Below are positions 11,354 to 22,677 of a stretch of DNA of 64,000 nt, in pieces. Position 1 is the first letter of the stretch; each line of letters opens with the position of its first letter. A program made the position numbers and the translations under genes. Source of the stretch: Azolla caroliniana (lineage: Eukaryota > Plantae > Polypodiophyta); assembly GCA_043228905.1 (NCBI GenBank), contig JBHGNT010000010.1:13020001-13084000 (forward strand). Reading direction: 5' to 3'. Below the pieces are notes generated by a model. The model was given only the letters and a program-made list of their open reading frames with translations. It made no database searches and was not told the DNA's origin.

Positions 11354-12198
11354 CATAGGCACGACAAATACGGCTCTCATCATATATAAGGTGGAGCAAA
11401 AGATATTATCTTTCTGTCTATGTGTGGAGCATAGAGAGTTAAAGGTAACTTGAACTAAGAGTGGAGGTGGCTAGCTACTCGTAAAGGGTTTTGGCCAACC
11501 AAAACCGGACCGTCGATGGAGCCGGTGATCCGACGGCATCCGACCGCAATCCGGCGGCGGCATCCGACGAGGCACCAGTAACCGACGGCATCCGGCACCG
11601 GTATCCGGCGTCGGCATCCGCTGACGGCATCCGGCCGCGACATTCGGCGAGGCGACGGTATCCGGCGAACCGGCGTCCGACGACTAGATAAATAAATATA
11701 TAAATATATATACATATTTACATATACAAGGAGGGCAAGAAAGGATTCGAACCTTGCACCTCCAAGTTAGGAGTCAATTGGCTTACCATTAAGCCATTGT
11801 ATTTAGTTGAAATTATATTTCTATCATTGTACTTTTACATGTAAATTCTCATACATGAGAGCTAAAATGAGTGACATGGTTATCATGCACCACATGTAAT
11901 CCATAAGCGCCAAATGGCAAACATGCAATTTATGCATGTCTTGTACCCTCACATGCATCATATGCATGAGAGCATCTATAAAAGAGGGAAGGGGGAGGAG
12001 AAAAGGACGGTTTTTTTTGTATGAAAATTAAGAGGAAGAAATTCGTTATCAAATTTATCGTGTAATCTCAACTTCTCTCTTTCCCAATCTATCTTAAGTA
12101 CTTTCTCGCCAAAGCTTGTATCGACTCTAAATCCTTCTGGTCTAGAACCCCGACGGTTCCGCTTCACGATCCGCGCGTAGTGACGGATCTTCACGACA
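11354..12198 (+). repeat. A1 3' LTR, first ~225 bp deleted
   Basis: Starts at CATAGGCACGACAAATAC (LTR-internal) and ends CACGACA. Confidence 0.9.
11741..11797 (-). promoter_or_regulatory. tRNA-like A-box/B-box cassette within the LTR (homologues at 6098-6156, 40292-40345, ~47133-47187)
   Basis: Minus strand TGGCTTAATGG (A box) and GGTTCGAATCC (B box) start 43 nt apart; D-stem GCTT/AAGC, loop CTCCTAA, T-stem AAGG/CCTT; no acceptor stem. Confidence 0.65.
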
Positions 12199-12243
12199 AC
12201 GCGCGGCCTAGCTCTTAAGCCTCACGGTCGTCCCTTCGTGTTG

Positions 12244-12520
12244 CTCTTCGAACTCCCCACCACCGGTTCAAAGAGAGACGCTCTTCAAACCCCTCACCGG
12301 TTCAAAGCCCTCCCCGGTTCGAAGAGAGCTACTCTTCGAACCCCTTCCGCATGGTTCAAAGAGAGACACTCTTCAAACCCCTTCCTCCTGGTTCGACGAG
12401 AGGTACTCTTTGAACCACTCACTCCCAGTTCGAAGAATGCCAAACCCCCCACCCCCAATTCGAAGAAAATCCCTCTTCGATCCACTCACTCCTGGTTCGA
12501 AGAACTTCGAACCACTCACC
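12244..12520. repeat. Tandem ~37-bp inverted-repeat (hairpin) units in F 3' region
   Basis: Repeated CTCTTCRAAC-[C-rich loop]-GGTTCRAAGA, about 6-7 units. Confidence 0.7.
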
Positions 12521-12783
12521 CCCAGCCCGCCGAGAGGCCCCGGCCGCCCAAACACAACCTAGATACTAACTCATCTGTCCCTTTAAAATATAAATATAAA
12601 TATCGCTACCCGTCCAAATACCTCATTCTACTTTCAATTATAATAATTATAACTAATCAAAATAATTCATTCATATCAATCAATAAACACACTAATCCCT
12701 GGTTGTATTGTGTGTAGACAACGGCAAGGGAGTGTAAGAATTGGTACACTCTCATACGGCTATACTAATCTTTTCCCTAGCAG

Positions 12784-13311
12784 GTTATAATTGATGGCGT
12801 CCACCCCATTCACCAAGCTCCTCCACGCGCACTACCCGGACGCTGGTTGTGGCTCCATGGTAATTCAAGCCGAGTTCAACAACACCCACTGTACCTATTG
12901 GGCCTCAAGCTCTTCCTCAGGATTAGCCTTTGGGGTGTACTTCCCGAGCTGGTCAGCCAGTTCCTCACAGGATACAATCTCGATAACGGCTACGTTCGCA
13001 CGCACACCTTCGCGGATGCTACCCCTCTCGAGTTCGAATCCAATGTCATCAACGTTTGCACTACGCTATATTTGTTGATGGATGGTATCCCCTTCTGCAC
13101 CATGAAGGCCCCTGGCATCGTTCCCAACATCATCCCCACCGCCTACTCCGAGTTTTCCGAATGCGAAGGTTGGCATTTCACTGAAATTCCCCCTCACCTC
13201 CACGATCGTTGTAGCGCCATCGCCCAGATCAGTGACACCGTCTGCACCGAGGACATCAACCGTATCACCAATGAGTTCCTCAAGTGGGCACACGATCCTC
13301 AACCGGTTTAG
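12784..13311 (+). CDS. Putative extra ORF of element F, unknown function, possibly spliced
   Basis: 175 sense codons starting right after TACTAAT-CTTTTCCCTAGCAG; no initiator ATG at the start. Confidence 0.35.
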   Translation, partial: VIIDGVHPIHQAPPRALPGRWLWLHGNSSRVQQHPLYLLGLKLFLRISLWGVLPELVSQFLTGYNLDNGYVRTHTFADATPLEFESNVINVCTTLYLLMDGIPFCTMKAPGIVPNIIPTAYSEFSECEGWHFTEIPPHLHDRCSAIAQISDTVCTEDINRITNEFLKWAHDPQPV

Positions 13312-13387
13312 TGGTCCCACCAAGTCGTCACCAACCACCCCACGACAAACCCCCCTCCTCTATCCTTCCAGCCCCCGACACCTGAAG

Positions 13388-13994
13388 TGTTGGGATTACG
13401 GTCCCTTTCGGATGGGATGGTCGGATATCGGAGATGAATGCCGACAAGCCCGGTTTCGGTTTTGGAACCGGATGATGAAGACCCCGGCTTCGGAGCCGGA
13501 TGACGAATGTACCCGGAGCGAGATCCGGATGCGGGGACATATCTATGAATATGTTTGCCAAGGGCCCTTGAGGCTATAGTTGTAAATAGCCCCAAAGTCA
13601 TATGTGTATAAATATGACTTAGGGCAAACAGTTTTTATGTTGCTTCTCATTTTTCTGTTTTTCCACTCAAGAGGAGTGAAGAGAGAGAGCAGCCGCGAGA
13701 GAGATAGAGCGTGAGAGAGGAAGAGGTCGACGCCTCTGTGTATTTCCGCCGCCTGTGGCGAGGACAGCGAGCTCAAGGTCGTCGCCTTGCAGCTCGCCAT
13801 TGTATACTTCTCTGTGCATAGTTTTTGGTTCGGAGTCTTGTACTCCCGTGGTTTTTCCCGTACAGGGTTTTCCACGATAAATCGTGTGTCCACTCTATTT
13901 TTCGCATTTCCCATTTTCTGCAACAACGATTCGTGTGTTTCCTTGGTTGTGGCCGAGAAGTGAAGTTTGGAAAGTGACGATTTAATTTCCATCA
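13388..13994 (+). repeat. Copia 5' LTR
   Basis: TGTTGG...CCATCA; I count 3 substitutions versus the 3' LTR. Confidence 0.97.
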
Positions 13995-13996
13995 TT

Positions 13997-14008
13997 TGGT
14001 ATCAGAGC
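13997..14008 (+). promoter_or_regulatory. Primer-binding site, initiator tRNA-Met
   Basis: TGGTATCAGAGC just after the LTR. Confidence 0.95.
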
Positions 14009-14023
14009 GGGCTGCTGCAGAAA

Positions 14024-17000
14024 ATGGAAGGCGGCGGCAGCGGGCAGCCGGGGATGATGGTGCTGAATGCGCAGAATTACGCCGACTGGAAGATCAAGAT
14101 GGAGGATCTTCTGATTGTTCGGGACCTGTACGAACCGATTGACAGGTCGGAAATACCGAAGGGAGTACTTGAGTCGGAATGGAGGCTTCTGAACCGGAAA
14201 GCCGTTGCAACCATTCGGCAATACGTAGACGTGAGCGTTCTACAACATGTGGCGAACGACATCAACGCATATGAGATGTGGCGGAAGCTGTCGGGCCTCT
14301 ACGAGAGGAAGAATGCGTTGAACCGGACCTCCCTGATGAGGAAGATAGTGAACCTCAAGTACCGGGACGGCGAGAGTATGGTGGAACACGTAAGCACGTT
14401 CATGGGATTCGTGAACCAGCTTGCGGCGATCAAGTTCCCGCTGGAGGATGCAATGCAAGCCATCATTCTGATGTGTACATTGCCGGAAAGCTGGGAGAAC
14501 TTGGTGGTGACTCTCAGCACCTCCTGCACGGAAGATAACTTGTCCCTACAAACGGTAAAGACAAGTATTTTGAACGAAGAAGCGCGTCGGAGAGATAAAG
14601 AACCGGCCTCCGACTCGAAGGCGCTGCTTACCGAATCGGAACGGGGAAGACAATGGAACCGGAGTCCGCAAAGACGGGAGAAGTTGGGGACCCGGTCGCA
14701 GTCAAGAGGAAGACCCACATGCTTCCACTGTGGGAAGCCGGGGCATTTCCGGAAGAATTGTCGGCATTACCGAAAGGACAACGGAGCCGACGACACCGAT
14801 TCGAAGAAGTCACCGGAGAGAAACGGTGCATACCGGGGAGCCACGGACCGGAGAGGTCCGGATCGGCGAGGGCAGGACCGGAGAGGAACGACGGCACTCG
14901 CGGCAAGTGAGGAAGAAATCATGCTTGTCACCGAAGAAGGTGAACTAAACATTGCCGGCGATGAGACGACCTGGGTGGTCGATTCCGGAGCATCGTTCCA
15001 CCTGACCCCGGAGAGAAGGTACTTCTCATCCTACACAGCCGGTGAGCATGGCTGTGTTCGGATGGGAAACGAAGGTACGTGCCGGATTTCCGGCATAGGA
15101 GACGTGTGGTTGACAACCCCGACCGGATGCAAAATGCTGCTGAAGGATGTCCGACACGTTCCGGAGGTTCGATTGAACCTGATTTCGGCCGGGAGGCTAG
15201 ACGATGAAGGCTACACAGGTAGCATCCGGAACGGCGTAATGAAGTTCAGCAAGGGGAGCCTGATAGTGGCTCGGGCCCGGAAAGACAACACACTGTACCT
15301 GATGAATGCCCGGTTATGTCCGGAAGAGCTGAATGTGGCAGCCGACACTGCCGGTGAGCTGTGGCACAAAAGACTGTGCCACATGAGTGAGAAGGGGATG
15401 AAGAGGCTTGCAGATGACAACCTTATTCCAGTGAAGCATGTGCACCTAGAGAAGTGCACCGATTGCCTGGCCGGTAAGCAGAACCGAACCTCCTTCCATT
15501 CAAGGCCACCGACGAGACGTAACGCACCATTGGAGTTGGTGCACACTGATGTGTGTCAGGTAGAAACGAAGTCACATGGCGGAGCCCAGTACTTCGTAAC
15601 ATTCATTGATGATCACAGCCAGAAGCTGTGGACGGCACCGTTGAAGACAAAGGACCAAGTGGTGTCCGTCTTCAAAGAACTCCACGCGAGAGTGGAAAGA
15701 GAATCCGGCAAGAAGCTGAAAGCGATACGAGCGGATAACGGAGGGGAATACCGGGGGCAGTTCGCGGAGTACTGTCGCTCGAAGGGAATCCGGCTCGAGT
15801 TTACTGTGCCGAAGACGCCGGAACTGAACGGGCTGGCCGAGAGGATGAATCGGACCATAATGGAGAGGGTCCGGAGTATGCTGGCGCATGCGGAATTACC
15901 CAAGGGGTTTTGGGCTGAGGCGATGTCGACGGCGACATACGTGATAAACAGATCACCCTCAGTACCTTTGGACGGAGACACGCCACAGAGAGTGTGGACC
16001 GGTAGGGAAGTATCCTACCGGCATCTGAAGGTGTTCGGGTGTCTCGCATACGTGCATGTGGCAAAGGACCGGAGAGGAAAGCTAGATCCAAAGACCCGGC
16101 CATGCATATTCCTCGGTTACGGCGATGACGAGTTCGGCTACCGAGTATGGAACCCGGTCGACAAGAAGATATTCCGGAGTCGTGATATCATCTTCATGGA
16201 GAACAAGACACTCGCCGACTGGGAGTCGGAGAAGAAGATGAAGAGCTCCAAGTCGACCGGTGAGGATCAACTCTACGAGGAGCAATCCCGACCGGCAAGG
16301 GACCGGTTAGCACTCGAGGATCCGGCCGAAGATGGTGAAGAAACAGAACCGGCCGAAGAAGATGAAAATGATACCGGAACCGGCCCCGATCCCGAAATGG
16401 ATTCGGATGAAGAAGAATCGGAAGAACCGGTTACCGAAGCTCCGGAACGGAGATATCCTCTAAGAGAGAGAAGGGCCCCCCGGAGATTTCCAGAACCAGA
16501 GCACCTACTGCTAACCGACGAGGGGGAGCCGGAGAGCTTTGAAGAAGCAAAGCATGACACCCAGAGCCGCAGGTGGTTGAGTGCCATGCAGGACGAGATG
16601 GATTCCCTGCATGAGAACCACACATATGAACTTGTGGAGTTGCCGAAAGGAAAGCGGGCACTTCGAAACAAGTGGGTGTTCAAGCTGAAACCGGGAGATG
16701 CCGGAAACCCCCCGAGATACAAAGCCAGGATCGTGGTGAAGGGGTTTTAGCAGAAGAAGGGCGTCGACTTCGACGAGATATTTGCCCCGGTAGTGAAGAT
16801 GACCTCCATCCGGACGGTGCTGAGCATAGCGGCAAGCATGGACCTCGAGGTAGAACAGATGGACGTGAAGACGGCATTCCTTCACGGTGACCTCGAAGAA
16901 GAGATCTACATGCAGCAACCGGAAGGATTCGAGAAGAAAGGGAAGGAGCACCTGGTATGCCGGTTGAAGAAGAGCCTTTACGGACTGAAGCAGGCTCCCC

Positions 17001-18097
17001 GGCAATGGTACCGGAAGTTCGACTCCTTCATGACCGACGAAGGGTACCTCAAAACGCAGTCCGACCACTGCGTGTTTGTGAAGAAGTTCGAAGGAGGAGA
17101 CTTTCTAATACTCCTCCTGTACGTGGACGACATGTTGATCGTCGGACGGGACCAGGTCAAGATACGAATGCTGAAGAAGGCTCTTCACCGAACCTTCTCA
17201 ATGAAGGACCTGGGTCCGGCGAGACAAATACTAGGGATGCACATCATCCGGGACCGGAGCAAGAAGCAGTTGTGGCTGTCACAGGAAAAGTACGTGACAA
17301 AGGTGCTTAAACGGTTCAACATGTCGGAAGCAAGACCGGTCGGATCGACCCTCCCGGCAAACTGCAAGCTGTCCAACAAGCAAAGTCCCAAGACAAAGGC
17401 TGAAAAGGAGGATATGATGAAAGTGCCGTATGCCTCAGCCGTCGGGAGCTTGATGTACGCCATGGTGTGTACGAGACCAGACATAGGATATGCAGTCGGA
17501 GTGGTGAGCCGGTACATGAGCAATCCCGGCAAAGAGCACTGGAACGCGGCCAAGTGGATACTCCGATACCTGAAGGGCACGGCAAACGTGTGCCTCCGAT
17601 TCGGCTCCGGTAAGCCCGAACTCGACGGCTTTACCGATTCGGACATGTCGGCTGATGCAGATACCAGCCGGTCCACATCAGGGTATGTGATGACGTATGC
17701 AGGGGGAGCTGTTTCGTGGCAGTCGAGGCTGCAGAAGACGGTTGCGTTGTCAACCACGGAGGCGGAGTACATGGCGGCTGTTGAAGCCGGCAAGGAAATA
17801 ATATGGATGAAGGACTTCATTAGAGAGCTCGGTATCCGGCAGGTGGAGTACCGACTCTACTGCGACAGTCAGAGTGCCATCCACCTTGCGAAGAACGCGG
17901 CCTATCACTCCCGGACGAAGCACATCCAGCGTAGATACCACTGGGTCCGGGAAAGGATAGAAGACAAGGAGTTCGTGCTGACGAAGATCCACACGGACGA
18001 GAACGGGTCGGATATGCTGACCAAGGTGCTCACACCCGACAAGCTGGAAGCATGCCGGAAGAGGATCGGATTGGAGAGACATCCCATGCCGAAGTGA
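14024..18097 (+). pseudogene. gag-pol: Copia polyprotein with a single in-frame TAG at 16748-16750
   Basis: CFHCGKPGHFRKNC, WVVDSGAS, HTDV...ADNGGEY...AER, YVDD, FTDSD motifs; the two track ORFs are in the same frame. Confidence 0.95.
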
Positions 18098-18107
18098 AGG
18101 GGGAGTT

Positions 18108-18714
18108 TGTTGGGATTACGGTCCCTTTCGGATGGGATGGTCGGATATCGGAGATGAATGCCGACAAGCCCGGTTTCGGTTTTGGAACCGGATGATGAAG
18201 ACCCCGGCTTCGGAGCCGGATGACGAATGTACCCGGAGCGAGATCCGGATGCGGGGACATATCTGTGAATATGTTTGCCAAGGGCCCTTGAGGCTATAGT
18301 TGTAAATAGCCCCAAAGTCATATGTGTATAAATATGACTTAGGGCAAACAGTTTTTATGTTGCTTCTCATTTTTCTGTTTTTCCACTCAAGAGGAGTGAA
18401 GAGAGAGAGCAGCCGCGAGAGAGATAGAGCGTGAGAGAGGAAGAGGTCGACGCCTCTGTGTATTTCCGCCGCCTGTGGCGAGGACAGCGAGCTCAAGGTC
18501 GTCACCTTGCAGCTCGCCATTGTATACTTCTCTGTGCATAGTTTTTGGTTCGGAGTCTTGTACTCCCGTGGTTTTTCCCGTACAGGGTTTTCCACGATAA
18601 ATCGTGTGTCCACTCTATTTTTCGCATTTCCCATTTTCTGCAACAACGATTCGTGTGTTTCCTTAGTTGTGGCCGAGAAGTGAAGTTTGGAAAGTGACGA
18701 TTTAATTTCCATCA
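18108..18714 (+). repeat. Copia 3' LTR
   Basis: Direct repeat of 13388-13994. Confidence 0.97.
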
Positions 18715-18773
18715 TGAAGCTCCCCTCCCACAATGCACCCGGGAGTGTGCACTCATTAGGTTGGGGGGGGATA

Positions 18774-19353
18774 TGAAGCATTTGGATCGCACCATGAATG
18801 GTAATGAAGAAGAGCACATCAACAAGGACGTAGTATGGCTAAAGGAACTACGAAGAGGGAATAGCAAGAGGAAAGAGGGCTAAGAGACATCCAAGTGTGA
18901 AAGGTCCATACCCTAAATGTAAATGCTTTATAAACCACATGGTGGTGGCTTTGTGAGCGATCTTCCATTTGTAAAGATCTCCCTATTGATTAAGACCTAG
19001 AGCTTCCTCTCCTCCTTCTTGTAACCTTTAAGCTTAAGAGAGATTAGTGAAGTGTTTAGTTAGAGAACACTAATCTCTCTTCCTTGTTGGTGCTAGACCT
19101 CTTAGCAAAGAGGGTTAATAACATATTCATTACTCCTATTGTTTGTATTCATTACCCTATTGTCTATGAGAGCGAGCTTGAGAGAGCGAGAGAGATATCA
19201 TGCTTAATCATCTATTTATCGTGTAGTGAGTATGAGGCTCGGAGCTATCCCACAACCATCTTCGCCTGATTCACCATCAAAAGGGTATACACCGGTCCGA
19301 ACTCCACAAACGACATCGAGGAGTTAACTCCATCGATACATAGATCCTACACA
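18774..19353 (+). repeat. Probable 3' LTR of element F
   Basis: Follows G-rich PPT; TG...CA ends; contains TTTATAAA; abuts the tRNA array; no partner LTR in window. Confidence 0.55.
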
Positions 19354-19542
19354 ATTGCAAACACTAGATACATCATTGATCATAAGTTAATGTGGCATCA
19401 ATAAAAAACCTCGAAATTATTAAATCTTAAAAACATGAGTGTGTTAGAATAATCCTCAATTGTTTGGTGATGCTTGTGCAATATATAAATATTATTTACT
19501 TCTAATCAATGATTGTAATATTAAAAAGCACACATGATGTGA

Positions 19543-19615
19543 TCCACTGTAGTCTAGTTGGTTAGGATACTCGGCTCTCACCCAAGAGACCCGAGTTGAA
19601 CTCCCAGTAGTGGAA
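19543..19615 (+). pseudogene. tRNA-Glu(CTC) array copy
   Basis: 73 nt; matches plant tRNA-Glu-CTC; T-loop C56>G. Confidence 0.85.
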
Positions 19616-20083
19616 AAGCCAATGTCAAATATCAAATTTCCGACGCATGTCACGTGTTAATTGTTTGATAACACAAAAACTCAAGACCTAAAGTAGTTGT
19701 TACAATAATGTAAAATTATCAAAATAATCAATATTATGTTTGTAGGATTGATGACGAACTTTACTTTGATTTTATTCTCCTAATATCAATTTCTAAACAT
19801 AATCCCATTATTCGATTAATGGTACAGGTTTCAAATGAAATTTGACAAAACATTATGTTGTTCGGGACAAGAAGAAGCAATATGTTTAGTAGTGGTTATT
19901 CCTCCAGATTGTTACGACAAATTAGTACACTAACAATTATAGTTTGGATAACTTGATACAATCTTAAAAAATACACATAGATTGTAGAATAATGGTCATA
20001 TGTCGATGAGCATTCCACCATGTTTCTTTACTTGTAACCAAGGAGTCGAATATTACATTAACTAATTCATTTGCTAAATGAAT

Positions 20084-20157
20084 TCCATTGTAGTCTACTT
20101 GGTTCGGATCCTTGGTGTTTACCCGAGACACCCGCGTACAACTACAGGCATTGGAAA
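20084..20157 (+). pseudogene. B-type decayed tRNA-Glu copy (representative; others at 20868, 21610, 22350, 23130, 23900, 24665, 25433, 27679, 28288, 29666, 31143)
   Basis: Consensus TCCATTGTAGTCTACTTGGTTCGGATCCTTGGTTTTTACCCGAGACGCCCGGGTACAACTCCAGGCATTGGAA is colinear with tRNA-Glu. Confidence 0.8.
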
Positions 20158-20329
20158 CAGTAGATACATCATAGATCATGAGTTAATGTGGCATCGATAA
20201 AAACCCTTGAAATTATTAAATCTTAAAAACGAGAGTGTGTTAGAATAATACGCAGTTTTTCGTTGATGCTTGCGCAATATATAAATATTATTTATTAATC
20301 AATGATTGTAAAAAGCGTAGAAGATGTGA

Positions 20330-20402
20330 TCCATTGTAGTCTAGTTGGTTAGAATACCCGGCTCTGACTCGAGAGACCCGGGTTCAACTCTCGGCAATGG
20401 AA
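20330..20402 (+). pseudogene. tRNA-Glu-derived copy, anticodon mutated to CTG
   Basis: CCCGG-CTCTGAC-TCGAG; anticodon-stem mismatch. Confidence 0.85.
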
Positions 20403-21120
20403 AAGACAATATCAAATATAAAAAATTTCGACCCATGTTATGTTTAAAGTATTTCATAACTCGAGACCTAAAGTACGTGTTATAATAATGTACAATTAAC
20501 AAAATAATCAATATTATGTTTGTAGGATTGATGACGAACTTTACTTTGATTTTATTGTCCGAACATCAATTTTTAAACTTAATAACATTATTCGATTAAT
20601 GGTAGAGGTTTCAAATGAAATTTGACAAAACATTATGTAGTTTCGGACAAAAAGAAGAAAGTGGCACTATATTTATTCGTAGTTATTCCTCAGCATTGTT
20701 ACGACAAATTAGAACACCAACAATTATAGTTTGGATAATTCGATACAATGTCAAGAAATACGCAGAAATTGTCAAATAATGGTCAACTGTCGATGAGCAT
20801 TGCACCATGTGTCTTTATTTGTGGCGAAGGACTAGAATACATTAACTAATGCATTTGCTAACTGAATTCCATTGTAGTCTAGTTTGTTCGGATGCTCGGT
20901 TTTTACCCGAGACCCGGGTACAACTACATGCATTGGAAATACTAGAGATATCATAGATAATGAGTTAATGTGGCATCGATAAAAACCCATCAAATTATTA
21001 AATCTTAAAAATGAGAGCGTGTTAGAATAATCCTCAAGTTTTCGTTGATGCTTGCGCAATATATAAATATTATTTATTTCTAATCAATGATTGCAATATT
21101 ATAAAGTGCACAAGATCTGA

Positions 21121-21182
21121 TCCATTGTATTCTAGTTGGTTAGGATACTTGGCTCTCACCCGAGTGACCCGGGTTCAACTCT
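21121..21182 (+). pseudogene. tRNA-Glu(CTC) copy, 3'-truncated
   Basis: Lacks the 3' T-stem and acceptor strand. Confidence 0.85.
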
Positions 21183-21861
21183 GTTATCAAATTTCAAATT
21201 TCCGACGCATGTCATGGGTTAAAAGTTTGATAACTCTGTTACAATAATGTACAATTAAAAAAATAATGAATATTATGTTTGTAGGATTGATGAAAAATTT
21301 TACTTGGATTTCTTTCTCCTAACATCAATTTCTAATCTTAATCTCATTATTAGATTAATGCGAAAGATTTCAAATGAAATTTTACAAAACATTATGTTAT
21401 TCGGGACAAGAAAAAGCAATATATTTAGTAGTGGTTATTCCTCAAGATTGTATAATAACTTGATACAACAATTATAGTTTGGATAACTTGATACAATTTC
21501 AAAAAATACGCATAGATTGTAGAATAATGGTCATATGTCGATGAGCATTGCACCATGTTTCTTTATTTCTAGCAAAGGAGTAGTTAACTAATTCATTTGC
21601 TAAGTGAATTCCATTGTAGCTACTTTGTTCGGATCCTTGGTTTTTACCCGAGACGCCCGGGTACAACTCCAGGCTTTGGAAACACTAGATACATCTTAGC
21701 TCATGAGTGAATGTGTCATCGATAAAAACTCTTAAAATTACTAAATCTTAAAAACAAGTGTGTTCGAATAATTCTTAGTTGTCGGTTAATACTTGGGCAA
21801 TATATAAATATTGTTTAATTCGACTCAATGATTGCAATATTAAAAAGCGTACAAGATGGGA

Positions 21862-21934
21862 TCCATTGTAGTCTAGTTGGTTAGGATACTCGGCTCTCAT
21901 CCGAGAGACCCTTGTTCAACTCCCGGCAATGGAA
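21862..21934 (+). pseudogene. tRNA-Glu(CTC) copy
   Basis: Near consensus; two T-stem mismatches. Confidence 0.85.
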
Positions 21935-22604
21935 AAGACAATATCAAATATCAAATTCCCGATGCATGTCATGTGGAAACTCTTTGATAACTCAAAAACT
22001 TATAATTAACAAAATAATCAAGATTATGTTTTTAGGATTGATGAAGACCTTTATTTTCATTTTATTCTCCTAACATCAATTTCTAAACTTAATCCCATTA
22101 TTCGATTAAAGGTACAGGTTTCAAATGAAATTTGACAAAACATTATGTAGTTCGGGACAAGAAGAAGGAGTATATTTACTTGTTGTCATTCCTCAAGATT
22201 GTTACGAAAATTTAGTACACCAACAATTATCGTTTGGATAACTTGATACAATTTCAAAAAATAAGCATAGATTGTAGAATAATGGTCATATGTCGATGAG
22301 CATTGCACCATGTTTCTTTATTTATAGCTAATTCATTAGCTAAATGAATTCCACTGTAGTCTACTTGGTTCGAATCCTTGGTTTTTAGCCCAGACGCCCG
22401 GGTACAACACCCAGCATTCAAAACACTAGATACATCATAGATCATGAGTTAATGTTTCATCTTTAAAAAAACTTAAAATTACTAAATCTCTAGAACAAGA
22501 GTGTGTTAGAATAATCCTCAATTTCTCGTGGATGCTTACAGAATATATAAATACTATTTATTTCTAGTGAATGATGGCATTATTAAAGAGCACACAAGAT
22601 GCGA

Positions 22605-22677
22605 TCCATTGTAGTCAAGTTGGTTAGAATACTCGGCTCTCACCCGAGAGACCCGGGTTCAACTCTCGGCAATGGGA
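22605..22677 (+). pseudogene. tRNA-Glu(CTC) copy
   Basis: Perfect anticodon arm; D-arm substitutions. Confidence 0.85.

Larger units (their letters stand above)
5232..12198 (+). mobile_element. Ty3/gypsy element A1 (internally rearranged, integrase deleted)
   Basis: TGTCGTG...CACGACA termini; 4-bp TSD ACGC (5228-5231 / 12199-12202); PBS, gag-PR, RT, RNaseH; close relative of A2. Confidence 0.95.
13388..18714 (+). mobile_element. Full-length young Ty1/copia retrotransposon
   Basis: 607-bp LTRs; TSD TGAAG (13383-13387 / 18715-18719); PBS; PPT GAAGGGGGAG 18096-18105; gag-PR-IN-RT-RH order. Confidence 0.98.
313..19353 (+). mobile_element. Decayed Ty3/gypsy element F (5' end outside window), host of nested A1 and copia insertions
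   Basis: Gag with Zn knuckles, protease and integrase C-terminus; sequence resumes after the TSDs of A1 and the copia; G-rich PPT 18758-18771 then TG...CA LTR-like segment. Confidence 0.65.

Noticed and set aside
16748-16756. Programmed stop-codon readthrough in the copia polyprotein
   Set aside because: Context TAG-CAG-AAG does not fit CAR-YYA and lies inside a conserved RT motif; a CAG>TAG mutation is simpler
19745-20030. Dicistronic tRNA-snoRNA (C-box-like TGATGA downstream of each tRNA)
   Set aside because: TGATGA is not conserved across units, and no consistent CTGA D box or terminal stem was seen
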